Source: a bacterium
GTDB lineage: Bacteria; Patescibacteriota; Patescibacteriia; Patescibacteriales; GWC2-42-12
Length of the DNA: 64,000 bases
NCBI GenBank assembly: GCA_030649205.1
Contig: JAUSGE010000014.1
Span: forward strand, 28,717 to 92,716
Reading direction: 5' to 3'
Shown: positions 37,729-46,403 of the stretch, piece by piece
Layout: the number at the start of each line of letters is the position of its first letter
How positions within the stretch are numbered: the stretch's first letter is position 1
Notes under the pieces: model-generated
Databases searched by the model: none
What the model was told of the DNA's origin: nothing
What the model saw: the letters and a program-made list of their open reading frames with translations, nothing else
Made by a program: the position numbers and the translations under genes

Positions 37729-39564
37729 ATGAATAAAATAAAATCCTTTTTTAATTATCTAAGACTGGCGGTTTTAAACCATAAATTGGCGTTGGTTGGC
37801 GCCATACTCGTCGGTTTGATTTATATCTTGCCGAATATTTTTTTCATAGCGTCTTTGGGTAAAAATTATCATGGCATTCCCATGATGCAGACCGCTAATG
37901 AAGATTTTTATTTAGCCAGAATTCAAAAAGTCATTGATGGGCATTCTTTGCTCGGCCCGGCGGTTTTTTATGAAAACCGGCATCAGGGATCATTGACGCC
38001 CGCCGGCGGAGAGATTTTTTATGCCCTGCCCAGCCGGCTGTTGCGTCTGTCGCCTGTCAATCTAGTGATTGCCAGCAGGTTTGTTCTGCCGTTTATTCTA
38101 TTCTTCCTGGTTTATTTTTTAATTAGCCGGCTGACGGCAAATAGCTTTTCAGCCTTAAATAAAATTAACGCCATTGCCGGAGCTTTATTGGTAACCTTGG
38201 GTTATGATTTGGTGGATTACCGATCTACCTGGCTTTTTTTGACCGGAAAAATAAGCGGCGGTAATTTTTTAATCTGGGCCAGGCTGGTTAATCCGGTAAT
38301 GGGCGCGTTTTTTTTATTTTCTTTTTTGCTCTGTTTATGGGTAATTATCAGGCAAGAGCGGTATCGCAAAACTTTAATTGCCGCGGCCGGCGGATTTTTG
38401 GCGCTGGCGATTTATACTTATTTTTTTAGCTGGGGCATCGCGGTTTCGGTTTTGGCGATTTTGGGGCTGGTTTATCTGTTGGAAAAAAGATATGGCTTAA
38501 TTAAAAGCTTGGCGGCGATCGGGTTGGTGGCGGCCGTTTTATCCTCGCCCTATTGGTTTTTTTCCTGGCAGTTAAGCCGAGCGCAGGGGTATAAAGAAGC
38601 TTTATTGCGCAATGGCCTTTTTTATACCCATTATCCATTAGGGAATAAAATTTTACTGGCAGCGCTGGCGTTTTACGCGATAGCCACTATTTTTTTATTC
38701 ATAAAAAGAAAAACTTTACCTTTATGGAAGGAGCGGATAATGGACGGCGGACTAAAAAATAGGCCGCAAGATTGGTATATCTTCTCTTTGGCTTTGCTGT
38801 TAGGCGGCCTGTGGGCGCTAAATCAGCAAATTATTACCGGACGAACCATTTATCCGTATCATTTTGTCCAATATACCATTCCCTTGGCCATGATTGCCGC
38901 TATGGTTCTATTTTATAATCTTCTAACAGTTAAACGGACGGTAATTTGGCGCTTGGCGCTTTTTTTTATTATAATGGTTTCTTTAGGCTGGGGTATATTT
39001 ACCCAAGTTAAAGCATATCGAGTTTCTTTTGATTATTTCGCCGGACTGCAAGTTTATGGGCCGCTGTTTGATTGGCTGAATCTTCAGCCGAAAGATAACG
39101 TGGTTTTTGTTAATAACTCTGACTTTTTAAATGGCCTAGTTCCGGCCTTTACCCATAGTAATGTTTATTCTTCAACCTTTGCCTATAATTTAATTGATCC
39201 TAATCGCAGACATGACAGTTATTTGGCGCGGATTCGCCTGAAAGGCGTAACCGCTGAAGAATTTGATGAATATCTAAAGCAAAACAGGCATGAGGCGGTT
39301 GGTTATTTGTTTTCCAACTGGAAGGTTTTATACGGGATTAAGCAATTTCCCGATTTTTCCGACCCATTGTTTGAAGAAAAAATAAAAAAATTACCCGAGG
39401 ACTATCGGAAATTTTATGCTAAAGATTTTCGCCAAGCTTTAAGCAAATATAGGCTGGATTATATTTTATCTGTTGGACCGTTATCGGATAAGGTTCAGGC
39501 AGATTTAGGCGGAGTAACTGAAGTTTTCCGGTCTGGAGATATATTAATATATAATTTTAAATAG
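37729..39564 (+). CDS. Large polytopic membrane protein, GT-C-like
   Basis: Many TM segments, first-loop NEDFYLARI, and a soluble C-terminal domain ending YRLDYIL...VF.SGDILIY. Confidence 0.55.
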   Translation: MNKIKSFFNYLRLAVLNHKLALVGAILVGLIYILPNIFFIASLGKNYHGIPMMQTANEDFYLARIQKVIDGHSLLGPAVFYENRHQGSLTPAGGEIFYALPSRLLRLSPVNLVIASRFVLPFILFFLVYFLISRLTANSFSALNKINAIAGALLVTLGYDLVDYRSTWLFLTGKISGGNFLIWARLVNPVMGAFFLFSFLLCLWVIIRQERYRKTLIAAAGGFLALAIYTYFFSWGIAVSVLAILGLVYLLEKRYGLIKSLAAIGLVAAVLSSPYWFFSWQLSRAQGYKEALLRNGLFYTHYPLGNKILLAALAFYAIATIFLFIKRKTLPLWKERIMDGGLKNRPQDWYIFSLALLLGGLWALNQQIITGRTIYPYHFVQYTIPLAMIAAMVLFYNLLTVKRTVIWRLALFFIIMVSLGWGIFTQVKAYRVSFDYFAGLQVYGPLFDWLNLQPKDNVVFVNNSDFLNGLVPAFTHSNVYSSTFAYNLIDPNRRHDSYLARIRLKGVTAEEFDEYLKQNRHEAVGYLFSNWKVLYGIKQFPDFSDPLFEEKIKKLPEDYRKFYAKDFRQALSKYRLDYILSVGPLSDKVQADLGGVTEVFRSGDILIYNFK

Positions 39565-39565
39565 T

Positions 39566-40660
39566 ATGAAAAACAGAACTATAAAATGGTGGGCGCCGAA
39601 GATTGGAGAAGAGGAATTTCGTTTAGTCAGGGATGTTTTGGCCAGCAATTATTTAAATGATGGTGATATCACCAGGCAATTTGAGGCTAAAATTGCGAAT
39701 TTGCTGAAAGTAAAACATGCGGTAGCTGTGACCAGCGGCACAATCGCGATATTTTTATCCTTAAAGAGTTTAGACGTCGGTTATGGCGATGAAGTGATAA
39801 TCCCTGATATGACTTTTATAGCAACCGCAAATGCCGCTGAAATGTGCGGGGCAAAAGTAATTTTAGTTGATATTGACCCAAAGACTTTAAATATTGATAT
39901 TGAAGCCATCAATGGAGCAATTACAAAAAAAACAAAAGCCATAATACCTGTTCATGTTACCGGCCGAGGAGCTCAAATGGAAGCTATTTTAAAAATAGCG
40001 AAAGAAAATAATATTCATATAGTTGAAGATGCGGCCGAAGCGCTGCTTTCGAAGCAAAACGGTAAATATCTCGGCGCCTTTGGCGACATAGGCTGTTTTT
40101 CTTTATCGCCGAACAAAACAATTACCACCGGACAAGGCGGATTTATAGTGACTAATAATGATAAATTAGCCGTGAGATTAAGGGAATTAAAGGATCAAGG
40201 CAGGTCAAAAACCGGCTCGGGCGGTGATGATTTTCATAATTCCATCGGTTATAATTTTAAATTTACTAACTTGCAAGCCGCAGTCGGTTTAGGCCAATTA
40301 AGTTATTTGCCCGACAGAACCGAGAAGATGAAAAAAATAAATAAGCTATATGTCAATAATCTGAAAAATATAGAGGGGTTAAAATTATTTGAATTCAAAG
40401 AAGAAGAGGTGCCGCAATGGACCGATGCTTTAATAGAAAAACGCAGTGAGTTAGAAGCGTATTTAAAAAGTAAAAATATAAATTATAGAAATTATTGGTT
40501 TCCCTTGCATACCCAACTGCCTTATAAGCTGGCGGACGATAATTTTATTAACAGCACAAAGTTAAGCCCGAAAGCTTTATGGCTGCCTTCCTGTTTTGAT
40601 ATGTCTGATGAAGACGTGATGTATGTAGTGGAAAATATAAAGAATTTTTATTCGCGATAA
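39566..40660 (+). CDS. DegT/DnrJ family sugar aminotransferase
   Basis: TSGT, EDAAEAL, SLSPNKTITTGQGG, NFKFTNLQAA. Confidence 0.9.
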   Translation: MKNRTIKWWAPKIGEEEFRLVRDVLASNYLNDGDITRQFEAKIANLLKVKHAVAVTSGTIAIFLSLKSLDVGYGDEVIIPDMTFIATANAAEMCGAKVILVDIDPKTLNIDIEAINGAITKKTKAIIPVHVTGRGAQMEAILKIAKENNIHIVEDAAEALLSKQNGKYLGAFGDIGCFSLSPNKTITTGQGGFIVTNNDKLAVRLRELKDQGRSKTGSGGDDFHNSIGYNFKFTNLQAAVGLGQLSYLPDRTEKMKKINKLYVNNLKNIEGLKLFEFKEEEVPQWTDALIEKRSELEAYLKSKNINYRNYWFPLHTQLPYKLADDNFINSTKLSPKALWLPSCFDMSDEDVMYVVENIKNFYSR

Positions 40661-40662
40661 AA

Positions 40663-41916
40663 CTAAATGTTAATAACAATTTTTGGAGTGGGCAAGGGCA
40701 TTATAAATTTGCCTTTATAGCCCATTTTTCTCATTATTTTTATAAGCTCTTCGCCGATATGCCAAGATAAAACCAAGGCATATTCAGGCTGATCTTCAAA
40801 TAATTTTTTTTCATCAACCACCGGGATATGTGTTCCAGGAGTAAATAATCCGATTTTAGGCGAACCGGATTTTTCGCAAGCATAATCAATCAAATGGCTA
40901 TCAATATGAGTAAAGCCCAGCAAGGTGTTGGAGCGTGCCGGACTGCCAATAGCGGCGATGCGCGTTCCTTTTTGCTTGCAATTTGTCAGTAGAGCCATCA
41001 GCTCTTGTTTGGCGTTAATCATCCGCTGCCCGTATTGTTTTAATTTTTTAACATCATATAGCCCGGCGGTTTCTTCGGCCTTAATTAATTTATTTACTCT
41101 GCTGCTCGCCGGGTGTTTGCCTTTTTTAGCGTAAATTCTAATTGAACCGCCGGCGGCGGAGATTGTTTCGGCATCTACCAGGCTAAAGCCGGTAAGAGAA
41201 AAAAGTTTGATTAATGGTTTTAATGAATAAAATCTAAGATGTTCATGGTAGATAGTATCAAGCTCCAGACCTTGCATCATATCGGATAAATACTGCGATT
41301 CCGAAACAAAAATTCCATCATCATCAAGCATTATGTTTATGCCTTTTATAATTTCAAAAAGATTGTTAATATGGGCGAAAGCGTTGGTCATGGTAATTAT
41401 TTTTGCTTTGCCATATCGTTTTACCGCTTGGCTAGCGATTTTTTCATTGAAATATCCCTGAATTGTTCGGATGCCTTTATTATTGGCTTCTTCGGCCGCG
41501 TTAGTCGGCTCTATGCCCAGTATTTTTATGCCTTTATCTTTAAAGGCTTTTAAGAGAGATCCATCGTTTGAGCCGATATCAACGATCAAATCTTTTGCGG
41601 TTAAATGATATTTTTTTTCTAAAGTATCGGCTAGAGAACAAAAATTTCTAATTAGCATTTTAGTCAGCCCGGTGCGATAGGGGTAATTTAGGGGAAAAAC
41701 TAATTTCGGGTCAATAATATAATCAAGCTGCGCCAGCCCGCAATTAGGGCAATAGCAAAAATTAAGCGGATAAGTAATTTCCGGCTCGTTAAGCCGTTCT
41801 TCGGTCAAATAGTTTTGGACTATCGGCTGATGGCCGAAAGACAAAATTGTTTCTAGATTTTTTCCTGAACAAATTTGGCATTTATCAATGTGGCCGACGG
41901 GAATTTTTTTTGTCAT
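40663..41916 (-). CDS. NDP-hexose C3-methyltransferase (TcaB9/KijD1-like)
   Basis: Zn-finger CQIC...CPNC, YPYRTG, DIGSNDG, DTIYHEHL, K.GLFTPGTHIPV, LSWH. Confidence 0.88.
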   Translation of the reverse strand: MTKKIPVGHIDKCQICSGKNLETILSFGHQPIVQNYLTEERLNEPEITYPLNFCYCPNCGLAQLDYIIDPKLVFPLNYPYRTGLTKMLIRNFCSLADTLEKKYHLTAKDLIVDIGSNDGSLLKAFKDKGIKILGIEPTNAAEEANNKGIRTIQGYFNEKIASQAVKRYGKAKIITMTNAFAHINNLFEIIKGINIMLDDDGIFVSESQYLSDMMQGLELDTIYHEHLRFYSLKPLIKLFSLTGFSLVDAETISAAGGSIRIYAKKGKHPASSRVNKLIKAEETAGLYDVKKLKQYGQRMINAKQELMALLTNCKQKGTRIAAIGSPARSNTLLGFTHIDSHLIDYACEKSGSPKIGLFTPGTHIPVVDEKKLFEDQPEYALVLSWHIGEELIKIMRKMGYKGKFIMPLPTPKIVINI

Positions 41917-41982
41917 ATTGGCTGTTTATTTTTTTAATTATTCACTCTATAGTTGACTCAATTTTTTTATTAATATAATATT

Positions 41983-42010
41983 ATTATATAGTAATATAAG
42001 CCAATGTCAA
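41983..42010 (-). promoter_or_regulatory. sigma70-like promoter for the C-methyltransferase
   Basis: Minus-strand TTGACA (42010-42005), 16-nt spacer, TATAAT (41988-41983). Confidence 0.6.
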
Positions 42011-42016
42011 ATAATC

Positions 42017-42595
42017 ATGAATTTAACTGCCAACAAATTAAATTCGCCGCAATACGACAAATTTTTGCTTAAATCAGCGGGCGAAGATGTTTTTATCAGC
42101 GCGCAAGTTGAAATCAGACGGCCGGCTATGGTTTCTATCGGCAGCCATGTCGCCATAGACAGCGGCCTTTATTTGACCACGCGAGCCGAGATCGGCGATT
42201 ATATTCATATCGGCCCGGGCGTCCATATCATCGGCGGCCCTAAAGGATTCATAAAAATGGGACATTTTACGAATATCGCTTTGGGCGGTAAAATTTTATG
42301 CGCCTCTGATGAATTTTCAGGAAACAGTTTGATTACCGCGCCGGGCATACCGGCGAAATATACCAAAGTAATAATTAGGCCGGTGATTTTTGAACGATTT
42401 GCCAATATTTGCGCCAACGCTGTTATTTTGCCCGGGGTTACTTTAGGCGAGGGTTCAGTGGTTGGGGCCTGCTCTTTAGTGACAAAGGATACTGAGCCTT
42501 GGACAATTAATACTGGCGTTCCGGCTCGCCCCGTTAAAATAAGAAAAAAAGGCAAGATGCTTGAATACGCTAAAAAATTAGGCTACTTTAATTAA
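42017..42595 (+). CDS. Hexapeptide-repeat (LbH) acyltransferase
   Basis: IGSHVAID, IGDYIHIGP, VILPGVTLGEGSVVGACSLVTKD, GVPAR. Confidence 0.88.
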   Translation: MNLTANKLNSPQYDKFLLKSAGEDVFISAQVEIRRPAMVSIGSHVAIDSGLYLTTRAEIGDYIHIGPGVHIIGGPKGFIKMGHFTNIALGGKILCASDEFSGNSLITAPGIPAKYTKVIIRPVIFERFANICANAVILPGVTLGEGSVVGACSLVTKDTEPWTINTGVPARPVKIRKKGKMLEYAKKLGYFN

Positions 42596-42622
42596 ATAAT
42601 CGTGAAATTTTTATAAAAAATC

Positions 42623-43813
42623 ATGAAGATTGTTTTTGTTACTTCTAAATTAAATTTTTTAACCGCCGGCGGATCGGTTGAAGAGATAGATTTGATTATT
42701 AGAACCTTGGCTAATTTAGGAAATGAAGTTACGGCAGTGACGGCCTTTTCTTTAAATAATAAGATAACCGGCCCTTTGCCTTACCGGGTTTGCGAAGAGA
42801 TGATTAAATCTTATAGATTATTAAGCATTCAGGCGGGAGTGCTAAAAATTTTGAGAAAGTATTCTTCTTGGGCCGATATTTTTATCGTTGATGCCCATCT
42901 TTTTATGTATGGCGCCGGGTTTTATCGAAAAATGGGAGGCAAGGTGCCGGTAGTTGGTTTTTTTAATCAATTTTTAACTTGCTGGCCGCAGTGTGTTTCC
43001 AGCCTTTTTAAACAGCCGAAACAAAATTTTTTTCATAAGATTAAAGGAAAAATTAGATGGTGGATAGAGAAATATGTCGGCATGTCGTTAGTCGGCAATC
43101 TTGATCTCTTTGCTTTTGTCAGCCCGGCTCTGATGGCTATGTATAAAGAATTCGGCATCCGCGACAACAATAAATGTTTAGTGGTGGGAGACCCGGTGGA
43201 TATTAAAAAAATAATGGCGAAAAATAATATTACTCCCGATTCTTATCGGCTAAGAAATAAAAGAAACGGCCCCATTAATCTATTTTTTTCCAGCCGTATG
43301 TCCCCCGGCAAGGGCTTTGATATTTTAATCGCCGGCTTTTCAAAAATTAAGAATAAGAAAAATTTCCGTTTAATTTTAGGCGGTTCCGGCCATGAAGAAA
43401 AACAGGTTAAGCGGATGGTGCAAGATTTGGGATTGCAGAAGCATGTAATTTTGCCCGGCTGGGTGACTAAAGAGCAGCTTTATCGTTATTATAGCGAGGC
43501 GGATATTTTTATTCAGGCTGACTGGTGGCCGGCCGGAACTTCAATCTCTTTATATTATGCCATGGCTTTCGGCGTACCATCAATTTTGCCTGGCGGCGGC
43601 GGGCTAGAGTGGCAGGCAAAAAATTCAGCCTTGTACTTTAAATATCGCCAGCTTGACGATTTAGCGCGTAAAATTGAACAATTGGGCGCGGACTATAAGT
43701 TAAGAGAAGAAATTTCACAACAATGCTATGTTAGATTGTCTGAAGATGAAATGAATTATGAAAATAATATAAAAAAATTATATGAGAAAATGAAATTAAT
43801 TAGCGGTATATAA
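42623..43813 (+). CDS. GT4-like glycosyltransferase with atypical donor-binding motif
   Basis: AGGS, SRMSPGKG, LPGWV. The EX7E position reads AGTSISLYYAM. Confidence 0.8.
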   Translation: MKIVFVTSKLNFLTAGGSVEEIDLIIRTLANLGNEVTAVTAFSLNNKITGPLPYRVCEEMIKSYRLLSIQAGVLKILRKYSSWADIFIVDAHLFMYGAGFYRKMGGKVPVVGFFNQFLTCWPQCVSSLFKQPKQNFFHKIKGKIRWWIEKYVGMSLVGNLDLFAFVSPALMAMYKEFGIRDNNKCLVVGDPVDIKKIMAKNNITPDSYRLRNKRNGPINLFFSSRMSPGKGFDILIAGFSKIKNKKNFRLILGGSGHEEKQVKRMVQDLGLQKHVILPGWVTKEQLYRYYSEADIFIQADWWPAGTSISLYYAMAFGVPSILPGGGGLEWQAKNSALYFKYRQLDDLARKIEQLGADYKLREEISQQCYVRLSEDEMNYENNIKKLYEKMKLISGI

Positions 43814-43843
43814 TTGTTTTATAAAATAATAAATTTTTTATAT

Positions 43844-45487
43844 ATGCCATTGGGAGAAAAATCAGAAAAAATCGTTATTGTGGGCTTTGGCTGGGTCGGT
43901 CAGGCCAACGCGCTGGCGCTTATTAGAATGGGCTTTGAAGTTTTTTATTATGACGTCCTGGCGCCGAAATACCACTATGCGGATAAATACCTAGGGTTTT
44001 ACGAAAAAATAAAACCGCTGGATAATCTCCTGCAAGCCGACAGCCCCGACACTTGGTATGTAATATGCATTGGCGACCGGGTGAATGAAAACGGACATCA
44101 GGATATCTCTTTGATTGAGAGGGCTTTAGAATTATTGCGGCCGGCGCGGGGAAATATTATTCTGCGCTCAACGGTTTTACCGAAATATCTGAAGGGCTTG
44201 CCTTTTGATATTTATTTGCCGGAATTTCTCCATGAAATAAACGCGGTTGAAGATTGCTTAAACCCTTTTATCTTCGCTTTAGGCAGCTGGAAAAAAATTA
44301 TTTATCCGAGTTTTATTGAACAATGGGAAAAACGGGCTTACAAAGTTTTTAAAGGCGCGCCCGAAGAGGCCTCATATATTAAATATTTATCCAATATTTG
44401 GAACTCCCTGCGCGTTGCTTTTGTTAATGAGTTCGGCGACAGCATTTCCCTCCCGCAGAATAAAGAACGGCAGAAAAAAATTGCCAATATCATTGATTTC
44501 CTGTTTGATAAAAAAAGTTATCTGCGCTACGGCCAAGCCTACGGCGGCCATTGCCTGCCGAAAGATACCCAGGCTTTCTTAACCTGGAAAGAAGAAGCTG
44601 GCCCGTCGCCGATTCTGCGAGCGATCCATGAATCAAACATTTTACATCAGCAAATTACCGATGCTTACGCTCTGCCGCAATGGTTTTCTTCGTGGGATTA
44701 TGATAATTACCGCCGCGCGACCGCTTTAATCACGCGCTGGTGGCATAATTTTAATTCTTTAAAAATAATTAAGTCTACCCGGCAAATTTTAAAACCAGCC
44801 GTCAAGCTGTTTTCTCTGCGCGCCGCCAATAAATCTTTGCCCGAGATTAAAAACAACTGGGAAAAATTAGCCAAAAAAAATCCGTACTATTATGCAAACT
44901 CCGAGACTAAATCACGGCAAAAAGTAGATGAATTTGAGCTTCGCCAAAGCGGCGAAAATGATTACTTAAAATATATTTCTGGCGATGATTTGCTTCATAA
45001 ATTCTTGGGTGATTTTAAGGATAAAATCGCGCTGGACATTGGCGTTGGAGTCGGACGCATGACTGAATTTTTTAGCCAAGACTTTAAAATAATTTATGGC
45101 ATTGATATTTCGCCCAACATGCTAACTATTGCCGGCAAACGTTTATCTGCCCTCAATAACATTGAGCTAGCCGCCAGCGCGGGCGATGACATTCCCTTTA
45201 GCGATGCCGAATTTGATTTAATTTTTTCACATTTAACCTTTAAGCATTTGCCGAATACAGCCATAACGCAAAATTATTTTAAGGAAATTTTCCGGACATT
45301 AAAACCCGGCGGCTTAGCCAAAATACAGCTGCGCACCGGCGCCACGCCGCATTTTTGGCAATGGTTTTACGGCGTGTCGCTGACGCCGGAGCAAGCGTTA
45401 TCTTTGGCCGATAAAGCTGGATTACAAATAGCTAAAACAGAAATAGAAAATAGCAAGAGCTTATGGGTTTGGGTTAAAAAAATATAA
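43844..45487 (+). CDS. Fusion of UDP-glucose dehydrogenase-like domain and class I SAM methyltransferase
   Basis: VGFGWVG, LRSTV, PEFL, AYGGHCLPKD, followed by LDIGVGVGR, GIDIS, LKPGG. Confidence 0.8.
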   Translation: MPLGEKSEKIVIVGFGWVGQANALALIRMGFEVFYYDVLAPKYHYADKYLGFYEKIKPLDNLLQADSPDTWYVICIGDRVNENGHQDISLIERALELLRPARGNIILRSTVLPKYLKGLPFDIYLPEFLHEINAVEDCLNPFIFALGSWKKIIYPSFIEQWEKRAYKVFKGAPEEASYIKYLSNIWNSLRVAFVNEFGDSISLPQNKERQKKIANIIDFLFDKKSYLRYGQAYGGHCLPKDTQAFLTWKEEAGPSPILRAIHESNILHQQITDAYALPQWFSSWDYDNYRRATALITRWWHNFNSLKIIKSTRQILKPAVKLFSLRAANKSLPEIKNNWEKLAKKNPYYYANSETKSRQKVDEFELRQSGENDYLKYISGDDLLHKFLGDFKDKIALDIGVGVGRMTEFFSQDFKIIYGIDISPNMLTIAGKRLSALNNIELAASAGDDIPFSDAEFDLIFSHLTFKHLPNTAITQNYFKEIFRTLKPGGLAKIQLRTGATPHFWQWFYGVSLTPEQALSLADKAGLQIAKTEIENSKSLWVWVKKI

Positions 45488-45496
45488 ATTAAAAAT

Positions 45497-45527
45497 AAAA
45501 AAAGAGCCTTCGTTTTCACGAAGGCTC
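45497..45527 (-). terminator. Rho-independent terminator of the NUDIX gene
   Basis: GAGCCTTCGT/ACGAAGGCTC 10-bp stem. The adjacent A7 reads as a U-tract on the minus strand. Confidence 0.75.
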
Positions 45528-45543
45528 AATTGATGAAAAGTTC

Positions 45544-46308
45544 TTAAAATCCAAATAATTCAGGATGGCGAGCGAAGAACATCATTAAAGGAGCAAGGCT
45601 TATCCCCATATGATGGATCACTCCATCCGCCGTTTTTCCGGCCGCGATTCGCCGCCGTATTTCTTTGACGGAAAGAAACTCTATTTTTCTGATATCCTCT
45701 CCGTCGCCAGCCGTTAAACCGGACGGATCATCGCTGACTGGCAACACCACTTGCGCAAATGCCACTAAGGTGCCGTTGCGTATCAATGTGGGATCTTGCC
45801 AGCAAGTTGCTGGTTCGGGGATTTCTATTTCTATTACTTCCCTTATACCGGCTTCCTCTCTCAGTTCCCTGTGAACGGCCCGTTCAACTCCTTCCTTAAG
45901 GGGAAGTTCGCGGTCAGCAGCGGTTAAAAATCCCATCGGGATCTGTCCAAAGACCAATAAACCTGGTTCTGGATGTTCCGGATCATCGGCAAACGGCCGC
46001 GCTTGCTCCAGATACGCCAGTTTAGTTGTGCCGCCCGCATCGCGCCCCCAGGCGACAATCGCTACTCCCGACTTCTGGGAATACAATAATTTGTCGTAAA
46101 TGGGTTCGCCTTTGCCGTCAAGCGCCACAACCAACTGCGCGAAACCTGAAAATCCTTCCAATTTCAGATCGCAGCCCGGAGGCAGGGTAAGCACGCTTCC
46201 GTCAGGAAGTGTAACCCTCGCCTTCCACGCGCTGGGTTGGCTAGCGATTTTTTCCGTTTGTTTGAAATCAATTCTCCGAGCTTCCGCAAACGTTACGAAT
46301 GTTTTCAA
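45544..46308 (-). CDS. NUDIX hydrolase family protein
   Basis: IPMGF...ERAVHRELREEAG Nudix-like box. TTG start preceded by AAGGAG. Confidence 0.7.
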   Translation of the reverse strand: MKTFVTFAEARRIDFKQTEKIASQPSAWKARVTLPDGSVLTLPPGCDLKLEGFSGFAQLVVALDGKGEPIYDKLLYSQKSGVAIVAWGRDAGGTTKLAYLEQARPFADDPEHPEPGLLVFGQIPMGFLTAADRELPLKEGVERAVHRELREEAGIREVIEIEIPEPATCWQDPTLIRNGTLVAFAQVVLPVSDDPSGLTAGDGEDIRKIEFLSVKEIRRRIAAGKTADGVIHHMGISLAPLMMFFARHPELFGF

Positions 46309-46360
46309 TGTCCATCTCCTTTCTTTATGTTTTTTTTATGTTGTTTTTTTACAACACACT

Positions 46361-46389
46361 ATCTTATTATAATAACTAATTTTTGTCAA
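46361..46389 (-). promoter_or_regulatory. sigma70-like promoter for the NUDIX gene
   Basis: Minus-strand TTGACA (46389-46384), 17-nt spacer, TAAGAT (46366-46361). Confidence 0.55.
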
Positions 46390-46403
46390 CTTCCTATGAA
46401 AAA

